Of a stretch of 64,000 nt of DNA, positions 15,001 to 30,000 are shown one piece after another. The stretch is from contig JAHDYR010000001.1 of assembly GCA_019828565.1 (NCBI GenBank), forward strand, positions 1-64,000. The letters are read 5' to 3'. The position numbers were made by a program, and so were the translations under genes. The notes beneath the pieces were generated by a model that ran no database searches, was not told where the DNA came from, and saw only the letters and a list, made by a program, of their open reading frames with translations. Each line of letters starts with the position of its first letter. Positions within the stretch are counted from its first letter, which is position 1. Source of the DNA: Carpediemonas membranifera BICM (taxonomy: Eukaryota; Protista; Fornicata).

Positions 15001-18000
15001 CCCTGAAATCACGAGCTGGGATGCCCCGGACTAATGTCTGGCTTAATCGCCAGGGCTCCTAGTATACTATACGCAGAGGCGCGGAGTCCCCCAAATGCAT
15101 CAACTGATTGACTTATGAAAATGACATTTTTGATTTCTGCCACTCACCCGCCTGGGGAGCTACAGTCGGCACATCCCTAGATCGCTGGTGCCTAGCTAGC
15201 GCTCGCGATTAAGCCAATCTCCCGGCGATAGCGTTCCAACTCGTTGCGCTGGGTCGTGCCCATTTTTCGAAAGTGGTCGCCCCTGAAATCACGAGCTGGG
15301 ATGCCCCGGACTAATGTCTGGCTTAATCGCCAGGGCTCCTAGTATACTATACGCAGAGGCGCGGAGTCCCCAAATGCATCAACTGATTGACTTATGAAAA
15401 TGACATTTTTGATTTCTGCCACTCACCCGCCTGGGGAGCTACAGTCGGCACATCCCCTAGATCGCTAGTGCCTAGCTAGCGCTCGCGATTAAGCCAATCT
15501 CCCGGCGATAGCGTTCCAACTCGTTGCGCTGGGTCGTGCCCATTTTTCGAAAGTGGTCGCCCCTGAAATCACGAGCTGGGATGCCCCGGACTAATGTCTG
15601 GCTTAATCGCCAGGGCTCCTAGTATACTATACGCAGAGGCGCGGAGTCCCCCAAATGCATCAACTGATTGACTTTATGAAATGACATTTTTGATTTCTGC
15701 CACTCACCCGCCTGGGGAGCTACAGTCGGCACATCCCCTAGATCGCTAGTGCCTAGCTAGCGCTCGCGATCAAGCCAATCTCCCGGCGATAGCGTTCCAA
15801 CTCGTTGCGCTGGGTCGTGCCCATTTTTCGAAAGTGGTCGCCCCTGAAATCACGAGCTGGGATGCCCCGGACTAATGTCTGGCTTAATCGCCAGGGGCTC
15901 CTAGTATACTATACGCAGAGGCGCGGAGTCCCCCAAATGCATCAACTGATTGACTTATGAAAATGACATTTTTGATTTCTGCCACTCACCCGCCTGGGGA
16001 GCTACAGTCGGCACATCCCTAGATCGCTAGTGCCTAGCTAGCGCTCGCGATTAAGCCAATCTCCCGGCGATAGCGTTCCAACTCGTTGCGCTGGGTCGTG
16101 CCCATTTTTTCGAAAGTGGTCGCCCCTGAAATCACGAGCTGGGATGCCCCGGACTAATGTCTGGCTTAATCGCCAGGGCTCCTAGTATACTATACGCAGA
16201 GGCGCGGAGTCCCCCAAATGCATCAACTGATTGACTTATGAAAATGACATTTTTGATTTCTGCCACTCACCCGCCTGGGGAGCTACAGTCGGCACATCCC
16301 CTAGATCGCTAGTGCCTAGCTAGCGCTCGCGATTAAGCCAATCTCCCGGCGATAGCGTTCCAACTCGTTGCGCTGGGTCGTGCCCATTTTTCGAAAGTGG
16401 TCGCCCCTGAAATCACGAGCTGGGATGCCCCGGACTAATGTCTGGCTTAATCGCCAGGGCTCCTAGTATACTATACGCAGAGGCGCGGAGTCCCCCAAAT
16501 GCATCAACTGATTGACTTATGAAAATGACATTTTTGGATTTCTGCCACTCACCCGCCTGGGGAGCTACAGTCGGCACATCCCCTAGATCGCTAGTGCCTA
16601 GCTAGCGCTCGCGATTAAGCCAATCTCCCGGCGATAGCGTTCCAACTCGTTGCGCTGGGTCGTGCCCATTTTTTTCGAAAGTGGTCGCCCCTGAAATCAC
16701 GAGCTGGGATGCCCCGGACTAATGTCTGGCTTAATCGCCAGGGCTCCTAGTATACTATACGCAGAGGCGCGGAGTCCCCCAAATGCATCAACTGATTGAC
16801 TTATGAAAATGACATTTTTTTGATTTCTGCCACTCACCCGCCTGGGGAGCTACAGTCGGCACATCCCCTAGATCGCTGGTGCCTAGCTGGCGCTCGCGAT
16901 TAAGCCAATCTCCCGGCGATAGCGTTCCAACTCGTTGCGCTGGGTCGTGCCCATTTTTCGAAAGTGGTCGCCCCTGAAATCACGAGCTGGGATGCCCCGG
17001 ACTAATGTCTGGCTTAATCGCCAGGGCTCCTAGTATACTATACGCAGAGGCGCGGAGTCCCCCAAATGCATCAACTGATTGACTTATGAAAATGACATTT
17101 TTTTGATTTCTGCCACTCACCCGCCTGGGGGAGCTACAGTCGGCACATCCCTAGATCGCTAGTGCCTAGCTAGCGCTCGCGATTAAGCCAATCTCCCGGC
17201 GATAGCGTTCCAACTCGTTGCGCTGGGTCGTGCCCATTTTTTTCGAAAGTGGTCGCCCCTGAAATCACGAGCTGGGATGCCCCGGACTAATGTCTGGCTT
17301 AATCGCCAGGGCTCCTAGTATACTATACGCAGAGGCGCGGAGTCCCCCAAATGCATCAACTGATTGACTTATGAAAATGACATTTTTTTGATTTCTGCCA
17401 CTCACCCGCCTGGGGAGCTACAGTCGGCACATCCCCTAGATCGCTGAGTGCCCTAGCTAGCGCTCGCGATTAAGCCAATCTCCCGGCGATAGCGTTCCAA
17501 CTCGTTGCGCTGGGTCGTGCCCATTTTTTTCGAAAGTGGTCGCCCCTGAAATCACGAGCTGGGATGCCCCGGACTAATGTCTGGCTTAATCGCCAGGGCT
17601 CCTAGTATACTATACGCAGAGGCGCGGAGTCCCCCAAATGCATCAACTGATTGACTTATGAAAATGACATTTTTTTGATTTCTGCCACTCACCCGCCTGG
17701 GGAGCTACAGTCGGCACATCCCCTAGATCGCTAGTGCCCTAGCTAGCGCTCGCGATTAAGCCAATCTCCCGGCGATAGCGTTCCAACTCGTTGCGCTGGG
17801 TCGTGCCCATTTTTTTCGAAAGTGGTCGCCCCTGAAATCACGAGCTGGGATGCCCCGGACTAATGTCTGGCTTAATCGCCAGGGCTCCTAGTATAATATA
17901 CGCAGAGGCGCGGAGTCCCCCAAATGCATCAACTGATTGACTTATGAAAATGACATTTTTGATTTCTGCCACTCACCCGCCTGGGGAGCTACAGTCGGCA

Positions 18001-21000
18001 CATCCCCTAGATCGCTAGTGCCTAGCTAGCGCTCGCGATTAAGCCAATCTCCCGGCGATAGCGTTCCAACTCGTTGCGCTGGGTCGTGCCCATTTTTTTC
18101 GAAAGTGGTCGCCCCTGAAATCACGAGCTGGGATGCCCCGGACTAATGTCTGGCTTAATCGCCAGGGCTCCTAGTATACTATACGCAGAGGCGCGGAGTC
18201 CCCCAAATGCATCAACTGATTGACTTATGAAAAATGACATTTTTTTGATTTCTGCCACTCACCCGCCTGGGGAGCTACAGTCGGCACATCCCCTAGATCG
18301 CTAGTGCCTAGCTAGCGCTCGCGATTAAGCCAATCTCCCGGCGATAGCGTTCCAACTCGTTGCGCTGGGTCGTGCCCATTTTTTTCGAAAGTGGTCGCCC
18401 CTGAAATCACGAGCTGGGATGCCCCGGACTAATGTCTGGCTTAATCGCCAGGGCTCCTAGTATACTATACGCAGAGGCGCGGAGTCCCCCCAAATGCATC
18501 AACTGATTGACTTATGAAAAATGACATTTTTTTGATTTCTGCCACTCACCCGCCTGGGGAGCTACAGTCGGCACATCCCCTAGATCGCTAGTGCCTAGCT
18601 AGCGCTCGCGATTAAGCCAATCTCCCGGCGATAGCGTTCCAACTCGTTGCGCTGGGTCGTGCCCATTTTTTTCGAAAGTGGTCGCCCCTGAAATCACGAG
18701 CTGGGATGCCCCGGACTAATGTCTGGCTTAATCGCCAGGGCTCCTAGTATACTATACGCAGAGGCGCGGAGTCCCCCCAAATGCATCAACTGATTGACTT
18801 ATGAAAATGACATTTTTTTGATTTCTGCCACTCACCCGCCTGGGGAGCTACAGTCGGCACATCCCCTAGATCGCTAGTGCCTAGCTAGCGCTCGCGATTA
18901 AGCCAATCTCCCGGCGATAGCGTTCCAACTCGTTGCGCTGGGTCGTGCCCATTTTTTTCGAAAGTGGTCGCCCCTGAAATCACGAGCTGGGATGCCCCGG
19001 ACTAATGTCTGGCTTAATCGCCAGGGCTCCTAGTATATTATACGCAGAGGCGCGGAGTCCCCCAAATGCATCAACTGATTGACTTATGAAAATGACATTT
19101 TTTTGATTTCTGCCACTCACCCGCCTGGGGAGCTACAGTCGGCACATCCCCTAGATCGCTAGTGCCTAGCTAGCGCTCGCGATTAAGCCAATCTCCCGGC
19201 GATAGCGTTCCAACTCGTTGCGCTGGGTCGTGCCCATTTTTTTCGAAAGTGGTCGCCCCTGAAATCACGAGCTGGGATGCCCCGGACTAATGTCTGGCTT
19301 AATCGCCAGGGCTCCTAGTATACTATACGCAGAGGCGCGGAGTCCCCCAAATGCATCAACTGATTGACTTATGAAAATGACATTTTTTTGATTTCTGCCA
19401 CTCACCCGCCTGGGGAGCTACAGTCGGCACATCCCCTAGATCGCTAGTGCCTAGCTAGCGCTCGCGATTAAGCCAATCTCCCGGCGATAGCGTTCCAACT
19501 CGTTGCGCTGGGTCGTGCCCATTTTTTTTCGAAAGTGGTCGCCCCTGAAATCACGAGCTGGGATGCCCCGGACTAATGTCTGGCTTAATCGCCAGGGCTC
19601 CTAGTATACTATACGCAGAGGCGCGGAGTCCCCCAAATGCATCAACTGATTGACTTATGAAAAATGACATTTTTTTGATTTCTGCCACTCACCCGCCTGG
19701 GGAGCTACAGTCGGCACATCCCCTAGATCGCTAGTGCCTAGCTAGCGCTCGCGATTAAGCCAATCTCCCGGCGATAGCGTTCCAACTCGTTGCGCTGGGT
19801 CGTGCCCATTTTTTTCGAAAGTGGTCGCCCCTGAAATCACGAGCTGGGATGCCCCGGACTAATGTCTGGCTTAATCGCCAGGGCTCCTAGTATACTATAC
19901 GCAGAGGCGCGGAGTCCCCCAAATGCATCAACTGATTGACTTATGAAAAATGACATTTTTTTGATTTCTGCCACTCACCCGCCTGGGGAGCTACAGTCGG
20001 CACATCCCCTAGATCGCTAGTGCCTAGCTAGCGCTCGCGATTAGCCAATCTCCCGGCGATAGCGTTCCAACTCGTTGCGCTGGGTCGTGCCCATTTTTTT
20101 CGAAAGTGGTCGCCCCTGAAATCACGAGCTGGGATGCCCCGGACTAATGTCTGGCTTAATCGCCAGGGCTCCTAGTATACTATACGCAGAGGCGCGGAGT
20201 CCCCCCAAATGCATCAACTGATTGACTTATGAAAATGACATTTTTGGATTTCTGCCACTCACCCGCCTGGGGAGCTACAGTCGGCACATCCCCTAGATCG
20301 CTAGTGCCTAGCTAGCGCTCGCGATTAAGCCAATCTCCCGGCGATAGCGTTCCAACTCGTTGCGCTGGGTCGTGCCCATTTTTTTCGAAAGTGGTCGCCC
20401 CTGAAATCACGAGCTGGGATGCCCCGGACTAATGTCTGGCTTAATCGCCAGGGCTCCTAGTATACTATACGCAGAGGCGCGGAGTCCCCCCAAATGCATC
20501 AACTGATTGACTTATGAAAATGACATTTTTTTGATTTCTGCCACTCACCCGCCTGGGGAGCTACAGTCGGCACATCCCCTAGATCGCTAGTGCCTAGCTA
20601 GCGCTCGCGATTAAGCCAATCTCCCGGCGATAGCGTTCCAACTCGTTGCGCTGGGTCGTGCCCATTTTTTTCGAAAGTGGTCGCCCCTGAAATCACGAGC
20701 TGGGATGCCCCGGACTAATGTCTGGCTTAATCGCCAGGGCTCCTAGTATACTATACGCAGAGGCGCGGAGTCCCCCCAAATGCATCAACTGATTGACTTA
20801 TGAAAAATGACATTTTTTTGATTTCTGCCACTCACCCGCCTGGGGAGCTACAGTCGGCACATCCCCTAGATCGCTAGTGCCTAGCTAGCGCTCGCGATTA
20901 AGCCAATCTCCCGGCGATAGCGTTCCAACTCGTTGCGCTGGGTCGTGCCCATTTTTTTCGAAAGTGGTCGCCCCTGAAATCACGAGCTGGGATGCCCCGG

Positions 21001-24000
21001 ACTAATGTCTGGCTTAATCGCCAGGGCTCCTAGTATACTATACGCAGAGGCGCGGAGTCCCCCAAATGCATCAACTGATTGACTTATGAAAATGACATTT
21101 TTTTGATTTCTGCCACTCACCCGCCTGGGGAGCTACAGTCGGCACATCCCCTAGATCGCTAGTGCCTAGCTAGCGCTCGCGATTAAGCCAATCTCCCGGC
21201 GATAGCGTTCCAACTCGTTGCGCTGGGTCGTGCCCATTTTTTTCGAAAGTGGTCGCCCCTGAAATCACGAGCTGGGATGCCCCGGACTAATGTCTGGCTT
21301 AATCGCCAGGGCTCCTAGTATACTATACGCAGAGGCGCGGAGTCCCCCAAATGCATCAACTGATTGACTTATGAAAAATGACATTTTTTTGATTTCTGCC
21401 ACTCACCCGCCTGGGGAGCTACAGTCGGCACATCCCCTAGATCGCTAGTGCCTAGCTAGCGCTCGCGATTAAGCCAATCTCCCGGCGATAGCGTTCCAAC
21501 TCGTTGCGCTGGGTCGTGCCCATTTTTTTCGAAAGTGGTCGCCCCTGAAATCACGAGCTGGGATGCCCCGGACTAATGTCTGGCTTAATCGCCAGGGCTC
21601 CTAGTATACTATACGCAGAGGCGCGGAGTCCCCCCAAATGCATCAACTGATTGACTTATGAAAAATGACATTTTTTTGATTTCTGCCACTCACCCGCCTG
21701 GGGAGCTACAGTCGGCACATCCCCTAGATCGCTAGTGCCTAGCTAGCGCTCGCGATTAAGCCAATCTCCCGGCGATAGCGTTCCAACTCGTTGCGCTGGG
21801 TCGTGCCCATTTTTTTCGAAAGTGGTCGCCCCTGAAATCACGAGCTGGGATGCCCCGGACTAATGTCTGGCTTAATCGCCAGGGCTCCTAGTATACTATA
21901 CGCAGAGGCGCGGAGTCCCCCAAATGCATCAACTGATTGACTTATGAAAAATGACATTTTTTTGATTTCTGCCACTCACCCGCCTGGGGAGCTACAGTCG
22001 GCACATCCCCTAGATCGCTAGTGCCTAGCTAGCGCTCGCGATTAAGCCAATCTCCCGGCGATAGCGTTCCAACTCGTTGCGCTGGGTCGTGCCCATTTTT
22101 TTCGAAAGTGGTCGCCCCTGAAATCACGAGCTGGGATGCCCCGGACTAATGTCTGGCTTAATCGCCAGGGCTCCTAGTATACTATACGCAGAGGCGCGGA
22201 GTCCCCCAAATGCATCAACTGATTGACTTATGAAAAATGACATTTTTTTGATTTCTGCCACTCACCCGCCTGGGGAGCTACAGTCGGCACATCCCCTAGA
22301 TCGCTAGTGCCTAGCTAGCGCTCGCGATTAAGCCAATCTCCCGGCGATAGCGTTCCAACTCGTTGCGCTGGGTCGTGCCCATTTTTTTCGAAAGTGGTCG
22401 CCCCTGAAATCACGAGCTGGGATGCCCCGGACTAATGTCTGGCTTAATCGCCAGGGCTCCTAGTATACTATACGCAGAGGCGCGGAGTCCCCCAAATGCA
22501 TCAACTGATTGACTTATGAAAAATGACATTTTTTTGATTTCTGCCACTCACCCGCCTGGGGAGCTACAGTCGGCACATCCCCTAGATCGCTAGTGCCTAG
22601 CTAGCGCTCGCGATTAAGCCAATCTCCCGGCGATAGCGTTCCAACTCGTTGCGCTGGGTCGTGCCCATTTTTTTCGAAAGTGGTCGCCCCTGAAATCACG
22701 AGCTGGGATGCCCCGGACTAATGTCTGGCTTAATCGCCAGGGCTCCTAGTATACTATACGCAGAGGCGCGGAGTCCCCCCAAATGCATCAACTGATTGAC
22801 TTATGAAAATGACATTTTTTTGATTTCTGCCACTCACCCGCCTGGGGAGCTACAGTCGGCACATCCCCTAGATCGCTAGTGCCTAGCTAGCGCTCGCGAT
22901 TAAGCCAATCTCCCGGCGATAGCGTTCCAACTCGTTGCGCTGGGTCGTGCCCATTTTTTTCGAAAGTGGTCGCCCCTGAAATCACGAGCTGGGATGCCCC
23001 GGACTAATGTCTGGCTTAATCGCCAGGGCTCCTAGTATAATATACGCAGAGGCGCGGAGTCCCCCAAATGCATCAACTGATTGACTTATGAAAATGACAT
23101 TTTTTTGATTTCTGCCACTCACCCGCCTGGGGAGCTACAGTCGGCACATCCCCTAGATCGCTAGTGCCTAGCTAGCGCTCGCGATTAAGCCAATCTCCCG
23201 GCGATAGCGTTCCAACTCGTTGCGCTGGGTCGTGCCCATTTTTTTCGAAAGTGGTCGCCCCTGAAATCACGAGCTGGGATGCCCCGGACTAATGTCTGGC
23301 TTAATCGCCAGGGCTCCTAGTATAATATACGCAGAGGCGCGGAGTCCCCCAAATGCATCAACTGATTGACTTATGAAAATGACATTTTTGATTTCTGCCA
23401 CTCACCCGCCTGGGGAGCTACAGTCGGCACATCCCCTAGATCGCTAGTGCCTAGCTAGCGCTCGCGATTAAGCCAATCTCCCGGCGATAGCGTTCCAACT
23501 CGTTGCGCTGGGTCGTGCCCATTTTTTTCGAAAGTGGTCGCCCCTGAAATCACGAGCTGGGATGCCCCGGACTAATGTCTGGCTTAATCGCCAGGGCTCC
23601 TAGTATAATATACGCAGAGGCGCGGAGTCCCCCCAAATGCATCAACTGATTGACTTATGAAAATGACATTTTTGGATTTCTGCCACTCACCCGCCTGGGG
23701 AGCTACAGTCGGCACATCCCCTAGATCGCTAGTGCCTAGCTAGCGCTCGCGATTAAGCCAATCTCCCGGCGATAGCGTTCCAACTCGTTGCGCTGGGTCG
23801 TGCCCATTTTTCGAAAGTGGTCGCCCCTGAAATCACGAGCTGGGATGCCCCGGACTAATGTCTGGCTTAATCGCCAGGGCTCCTAGTATACTATACGCAG
23901 AGGCGCGGAGTCCCCCCAAATGCATCAACTGATTGACTTATGAAAATGACATTTTTGATTTCTGCCACTCACCCGCCTGGGGAGCTACAGTCGGCACATC

Positions 24001-27000
24001 CCCTAGATCGCTAGTGCCTAGCTAGCGCTCGCGATTAAGCCAATCTCCCGGCGATAGCGTTCCAACTCGTTGCGCTGGGTCGTGCCCATTTTTTTCGAAA
24101 GTGGTCGCCCCTGAAATCACGAGCTGGGATGCCCCGGACTAATGTCTGGCTTAATCGCCAGGGCTCCTAGTATAATATACGCAGAGGCGCGGAGTCCCCC
24201 AAATGCATCAACTGATTGACTTATGAAAATGACATTTTTTTGATTTCTGCCACTCACCCGCCTGGGGAGCTACAGTCGGCACATCCCCTAGATCGCTAGT
24301 GCCTAGCTAGCGCTCGCGATTAAGCCAATCTCCCGGCGATAGCGTTCCAACTCGTTGCGCTGGGTCGTGCCCATTTTTTTCGAAAGTGGTCGCCCCTGAA
24401 ATCACGAGCTGGGATGCCCCGGACTAATGTCTGGCTTAATCGCCAGGGCTCCTAGTATACTATACGCAGAGGCGCGGAGTCCCCCAAATGCATCAACTGA
24501 TTGACTTATGAAAATGACATTTTTGATTTCTGCCACTCACCCGCCTGGGGAGCTACAGTCGGCACATCCCCTAGATCGCTAGTGCCTAGCTAGCGCTCGC
24601 GATTAAGCCAATCTCCCGGCGATAGCGTTCCAACTCGTTGCGCTGGGTCGTGCCCATTTTTTTCGAAAGTGGTCGCCCCTGAAATCACGAGCTGGGATGC
24701 CCCGGACTAATGTCTGGCTTAATCGCCAGGGCTCCTAGTATACTATACGCAGAGGCGCGGAGTCCCCCAAATGCATCAACTGATTGACTTTATGAAAATG
24801 ACATTTTTGATTTCTGCCACTCACCCGCCTGGGGAGCTACAGTCGGCACATCCCCTAGATCGCTAGTGCCTAGCTAGCGCTCGCGATTAAGCCAATCTCC
24901 CGGCGATAGCGTTCCAACTCGTTGCGCTGGGTCGTGCCCATTTTTTTCGAAAGTGGTCGCCCCTGAAATCACGAGCTGGGATGCCCCGGACTAATGTCTG
25001 GCTTAATCGCCAGGGCTCCTAGTATAAATATACGCAGAGGCGCGGAGTCCCCCCAAATGCATCAACTGATTGACTTATGAAAATGACATTTTTGATTTCT
25101 GCCACTCACCCGCCTGGGGAGCTACAGTCGGCACATCCCCTAGATCGCTAGTGCCTAGCTAGCGCTCGCGATTAAGCCAATCTCCCGGCGATAGCGTTCC
25201 AACTCGTTGCGCTGGGTCGTGCCCATTTTTTTCGAAAGTGGTCGCCCCTGAAATCACGAGCTGGGATGCCCCGGACTAATGTCTGGCTTAATCGCCAGGG
25301 CTCCTAGTATACTATACGCAGAGGCGCGGAGTCCCCCAAATGCATCAACTGATTGACTTATGAAAATGACATTTTTTTGATTTCTGCCACTCACCCGCCT
25401 GGGGAGCTACAGTCGGCACATCCCCTAGATCGCTAGTGCCTAGCTAGCGCTCGCGATTAAGCCAATCTCCCGGCGATAGCGTTCCAACTCGTTGCGCTGG
25501 GTCGTGCCCATTTTTTTCGAAAGTGGTCGCTCCTGAAATCACGAGCTGGGATGCCCCGGACTAATGTCTGGCTTAATCGCCAGGGCTCCTAGTATACTAT
25601 ACGCAGAGGCGCGGAGTCCCCCAAATGCATCAACTGATTGACTTATGAAAATGACATTTTTTTGATTTCTGCCACTCACCCGCCTGGGGAGCTACAGTCG
25701 GCACATCCCCTAGATCGCTAGTGCCTAGCTAGCGCTCGCGATTAAGCCAATCTCCCGGCGATAGCGTTCCAACTCGTTGCGCTGGGTCGTGCCCATTTTT
25801 TTCGAAAGTGGTCGCCCCTGAAATCACGAGCTGGGATGCCCCGGACTAATGTCTGGCTTAATCGCCAGGGCTCCTAGTATACTATACGCAGAGGCGCGGA
25901 GTCCCCCAAATGCATCAACTGATTGACTTATGAAAATGACATTTTTGATTTCTGCCACTCACCCGCCTGGGGAGCTACAGTCGGCACATCCCCTAGATCG
26001 CTAGTGCCTAGCTAGCGCTCGCGATTAAGCCAATCTCCCGGCGATAGCGTTCCAACTCGTTGCGCTGGGTCGTGCCCATTTTTTTCGAAAGTGGTCGCCC
26101 CTGAAATCACGAGCTGGGATGCCCCGGACTAATGTCTGGCTTAATCGCCAGGGCTCCTAGTATACTATACGCAGAGGCGCGGAGTCCCCCCAAATGCATC
26201 AACTGATTGACTTATGAAAATGACATTTTTGATTTCTGCCACTCACCCGCCTGGGGAGCTACAGTCGGCACATCCCCTAGATCGCTAGTGCCTAGCTAGC
26301 GCTCGCGATTAAGCCAATCTCCCGGCGATAGCGTTCCAACTCGTTGCGCTGGGTCGTGCCCATTTTTTTCGAAAGTGGTCGCCCCTGAAATCACGAGCTG
26401 GGATGCCCCGGACTAATGTCTGGCTTAATCGCCAGGGCTCCTAGTATACTATACGCAGAGGCGCGGAGTCCCCCCAAATGCATCAACTGATTGACTTATG
26501 AAAATGACATTTTTGATTTCTGCCACTCACCCGCCTGGGGAGCTACAGTCGGCACATCCCCTAGATCGCTAGTGCCTAGCTAGCGCTCGCGATTAAGCCA
26601 ATCTCCCGGCGATAGCGTTCCAACTCGTTGCGCTGGGTCGTGCCCATTTTTTTCGAAAGTGGTCGCCCCTGAAATCACGAGCTGGGATGCCCCGGACTAA
26701 TGTCTGGCTTAATCGCCAGGGCTCCTAGTATACTATACGCAGAGGCGCGGAGTCCCCCCAAATGCATCAACTGATTGACTTATGAAAATGACATTTTTTT
26801 GATTTCTGCCACTCACCCGCCTGGGGAGCTACAGTCGGCACATCCCCTAGATCGCTAGTGCCTAGCTAGCGCTCGCGATTAAGCCAATCTCCCGGCGATA
26901 GCGTTCCAACTCGTTGCGCTGGGTCGTGCCCATTTTTTTCGAAAGTGGTCGCCCCTGAAATCACGAGCTGGGATGCCCCGGACTAATGTCTGGCTTAATC

Positions 27001-30000
27001 GCCAGGGCTCCTAGTATACTATACGCAGAGGCGCGGAGTCCCCCAAATGCATCAACTGATTGACTTATGAAAATGACATTTTTGATTTCTGCCACTCACC
27101 CGCCTGGGGAGCTACAGTCGGCACATCCCCTAGATCGCTAGTGCCTAGCTAGCGCTCGCGATTAAGCCAATCTCCCGGCGATAGCGTTCCAACTCGTTGC
27201 GCTGGGTCGTGCCCATTTTTTTCGAAAGTGGTCGCCCCTGAAATCACGAGCTGGGATGCCCCGGACTAATGTCTGGCTTAATCGCCAGGGCTCCTAGTAT
27301 AATATACGCAGAGGCGCGGAGTCCCCCAAATGCATCAACTGATTGACTTATGAAAATGACATTTTTTTGATTTCTGCCACTCACCCGCCTGGGGAGCTAC
27401 AGTCGGCACATCCCCTAGATCGCTAGTGCCTAGCTAGCGCTCGCGATTAAGCCAATCTCCCGGCGATAGCGTTCCAACTCGTTGCGCTGGGTCGTGCCCA
27501 TTTATTTTTCGAAAGTGGTCGCCCCTGAAATCACGAGCTGGGATGCCCCGGACTAATGTCTGGCTTAATCGCCAGGGCTCCTAGTATAATATACGCAGAG
27601 GCGCGGAGTCCCCCAAATGCATCAACTGATTGACTTATGAAAATGACATTTTTGATTTCTGCCACTCACCCGCCTGGGGAGCTACAGTCGGCACATCCCC
27701 TAGATCGCTAGTGCCTAGCTAGCGCTCGCGATTAAGCCAATCTCCCGGCGATAGCGTTCCAACTCGTTGCGCTGGGTCGTGCCCATTTTTCGAAAGTGGT
27801 CGCCCCTGAAATCACGAGCTGAGATGCCCCGGACTAATGTCTGGCTTAATCGCCAGGGCTCCTAGTATACTATACGCAGAGGCGCGGAGTCCCCCCAAAT
27901 GCATCAACTGATTGACTTATGAAAATGACATTTTTGATTTCTGCCACTCACCCGCCTGGGGAGCTACAGTCGGCACATCCCCTAGATCGCTAGTGCCTAG
28001 CTAGCGCTCGCGATTAAGCCAATCTCCCGGCGATAGCGTTCCAACTCGTTGCGCTGGGTCGTGCCCATTTTTCGAAAGTGGTCGCCCCTGAAATCACGAG
28101 CTGAGATGCCCCGGACTAATGTCTGGCTTAATCGCCAGGGCTCCTAGTATACTATACGCAGAGGCGCGGAGTCCCCCCAAATGCATCAACTGATTGACTT
28201 ATGAAAATGACATTTTTGATTTCTGCCACTCACCCGCCTGGGGAGCTACAGTCGGCACATCCCCTAGATCGCTAGTGCCTAGCTAGCGCTCGCGATTAAG
28301 CCAATCTCCCGGCGATAGCGTTCCAACTCGTTGCGCTGGGTCGTGCCCATTTTTCGAAAGTGGTCGCCCCTGAAATCACGAGCTGGGATGCCCCGGACTA
28401 ATGTCTGGCTTAATCGCCAGGGCTCCTAGTATAATATACGCAGAGGCGCGGAGTCCCCCAAATGCATCAACTGATTGACTTATGAAAATGACATTTTTGA
28501 TTTCTGCCACTCACCCGCCTGGGGAGCTACAGTCGGCACATCCCCTAGATCGCTAGTGCCTAGCTAGCGCTCGCGATTAAGCCAATCTCCCGGCGATAGC
28601 GTTCCAACTCGTTGCGCTGGGTCGTGCCCATTTTTCGAAAGTGGTCGCCCCTGAAATCACGAGCTGGGATGCCCCGGACTAATGTCTGGCTTAATCGCCA
28701 GGGCTCCTAGTATACTATACGCAGAGGCGCGGAGTCCCCCAAATGCATCAACTGATTGACTTATGAAAATGACATTTTTGATTTCTGCCACTCACCCGCC
28801 TGGGGAGCTACAGTCGGCACATCCCCTAGATCGCTAGTGCCTAGCTAGCGCTCGCGATTAAGCCAATCTCCCGGCGATAGCGTTCCAACTCGTTGCGCTG
28901 GGTCGTGCCCATTTTTCGAAAGTGGTCGCCCCTGAAATCACGAGCTGGGATGCCCCGGACTAATGTCTGGCTTAATCGCCAGGGCTCCTAGTATAATATA
29001 CGCAGAGGCGCGGAGTCCCCCAAATGCATCAACTGATTGACTTATGAAAATGACATTTTTGATTTCTGCCACTCACCCGCCTGGGGAGCTACAGTCGGCA
29101 CATCCCCTAGATCGCTAGTGCCTAGCTAGCGCTCGCGATTAAGCCAATCTCCCGGCGATAGCGTTCCAACTCGTTGCGCTGGGTCGTGCCCATTTTTCGA
29201 AAGTGGTCGCCCCTGAAATCACGAGCTGGGATGCCCCGGACTAATGTCTGGCTTAATCGCCAGGGCTCCTAGTATAATATACGCAGAGGCGCGGAGTCCC
29301 CCCAAATGCATCAACTGATTGACTTATGAAAATGACATTTTTGATTTCTGCCACTCACCCGCCTGGGGAGCTACAGTCGGCACATCCCCTAGATCGCTAG
29401 TGCCTAGCTAGCGCTCGCGATTAAGCCAATCTCCCGGCGATAGCGTTCCAACTCGTTGCGCTGGGTCGTGCCCATTTTTCGAAAGTGGTCGCCCCTGAAA
29501 TCACGAGCTGGGATGCCCCGGACTAATGTCTGGCTTAATCGCCAGGGCTCCTAGTATAATATACGCAGAGGCGCGGAGTCCCCCCAAATGCATCAACTGA
29601 TTGACTTATGAAAATGACATTTTTGATTTCTGCCACTCACCCGCCTGGGGAGCTACAGTCGGCACATCCCCTAGATCGCTAGTGCCTAGCTAGCGCTCGC
29701 GATTAAGCCAATCTCCCGGCGATAGCGTTCCAACTCGTTGCGCTGGGTCGTGCCCATTTTTCGAAAGTGGTCGCCCCTGAAATCACGAGCTGAGATGCCC
29801 CGGACTAATGTCTGGCTTAATCGCCAGGGCTCCTAGTATACTATACGCAGAGGCGCGGAGTCCCCCCAAATGCATCAACTGATTGACTTATGAAAATGAC
29901 ATTTTTGATTTCTGCCACTCACCCGCCTGGGGAGCTACAGTCGGCACATCCCCTAGATCGCTAGTGCCTAGCTAGCGCTCGCGATTAAGCCAATCTCCCG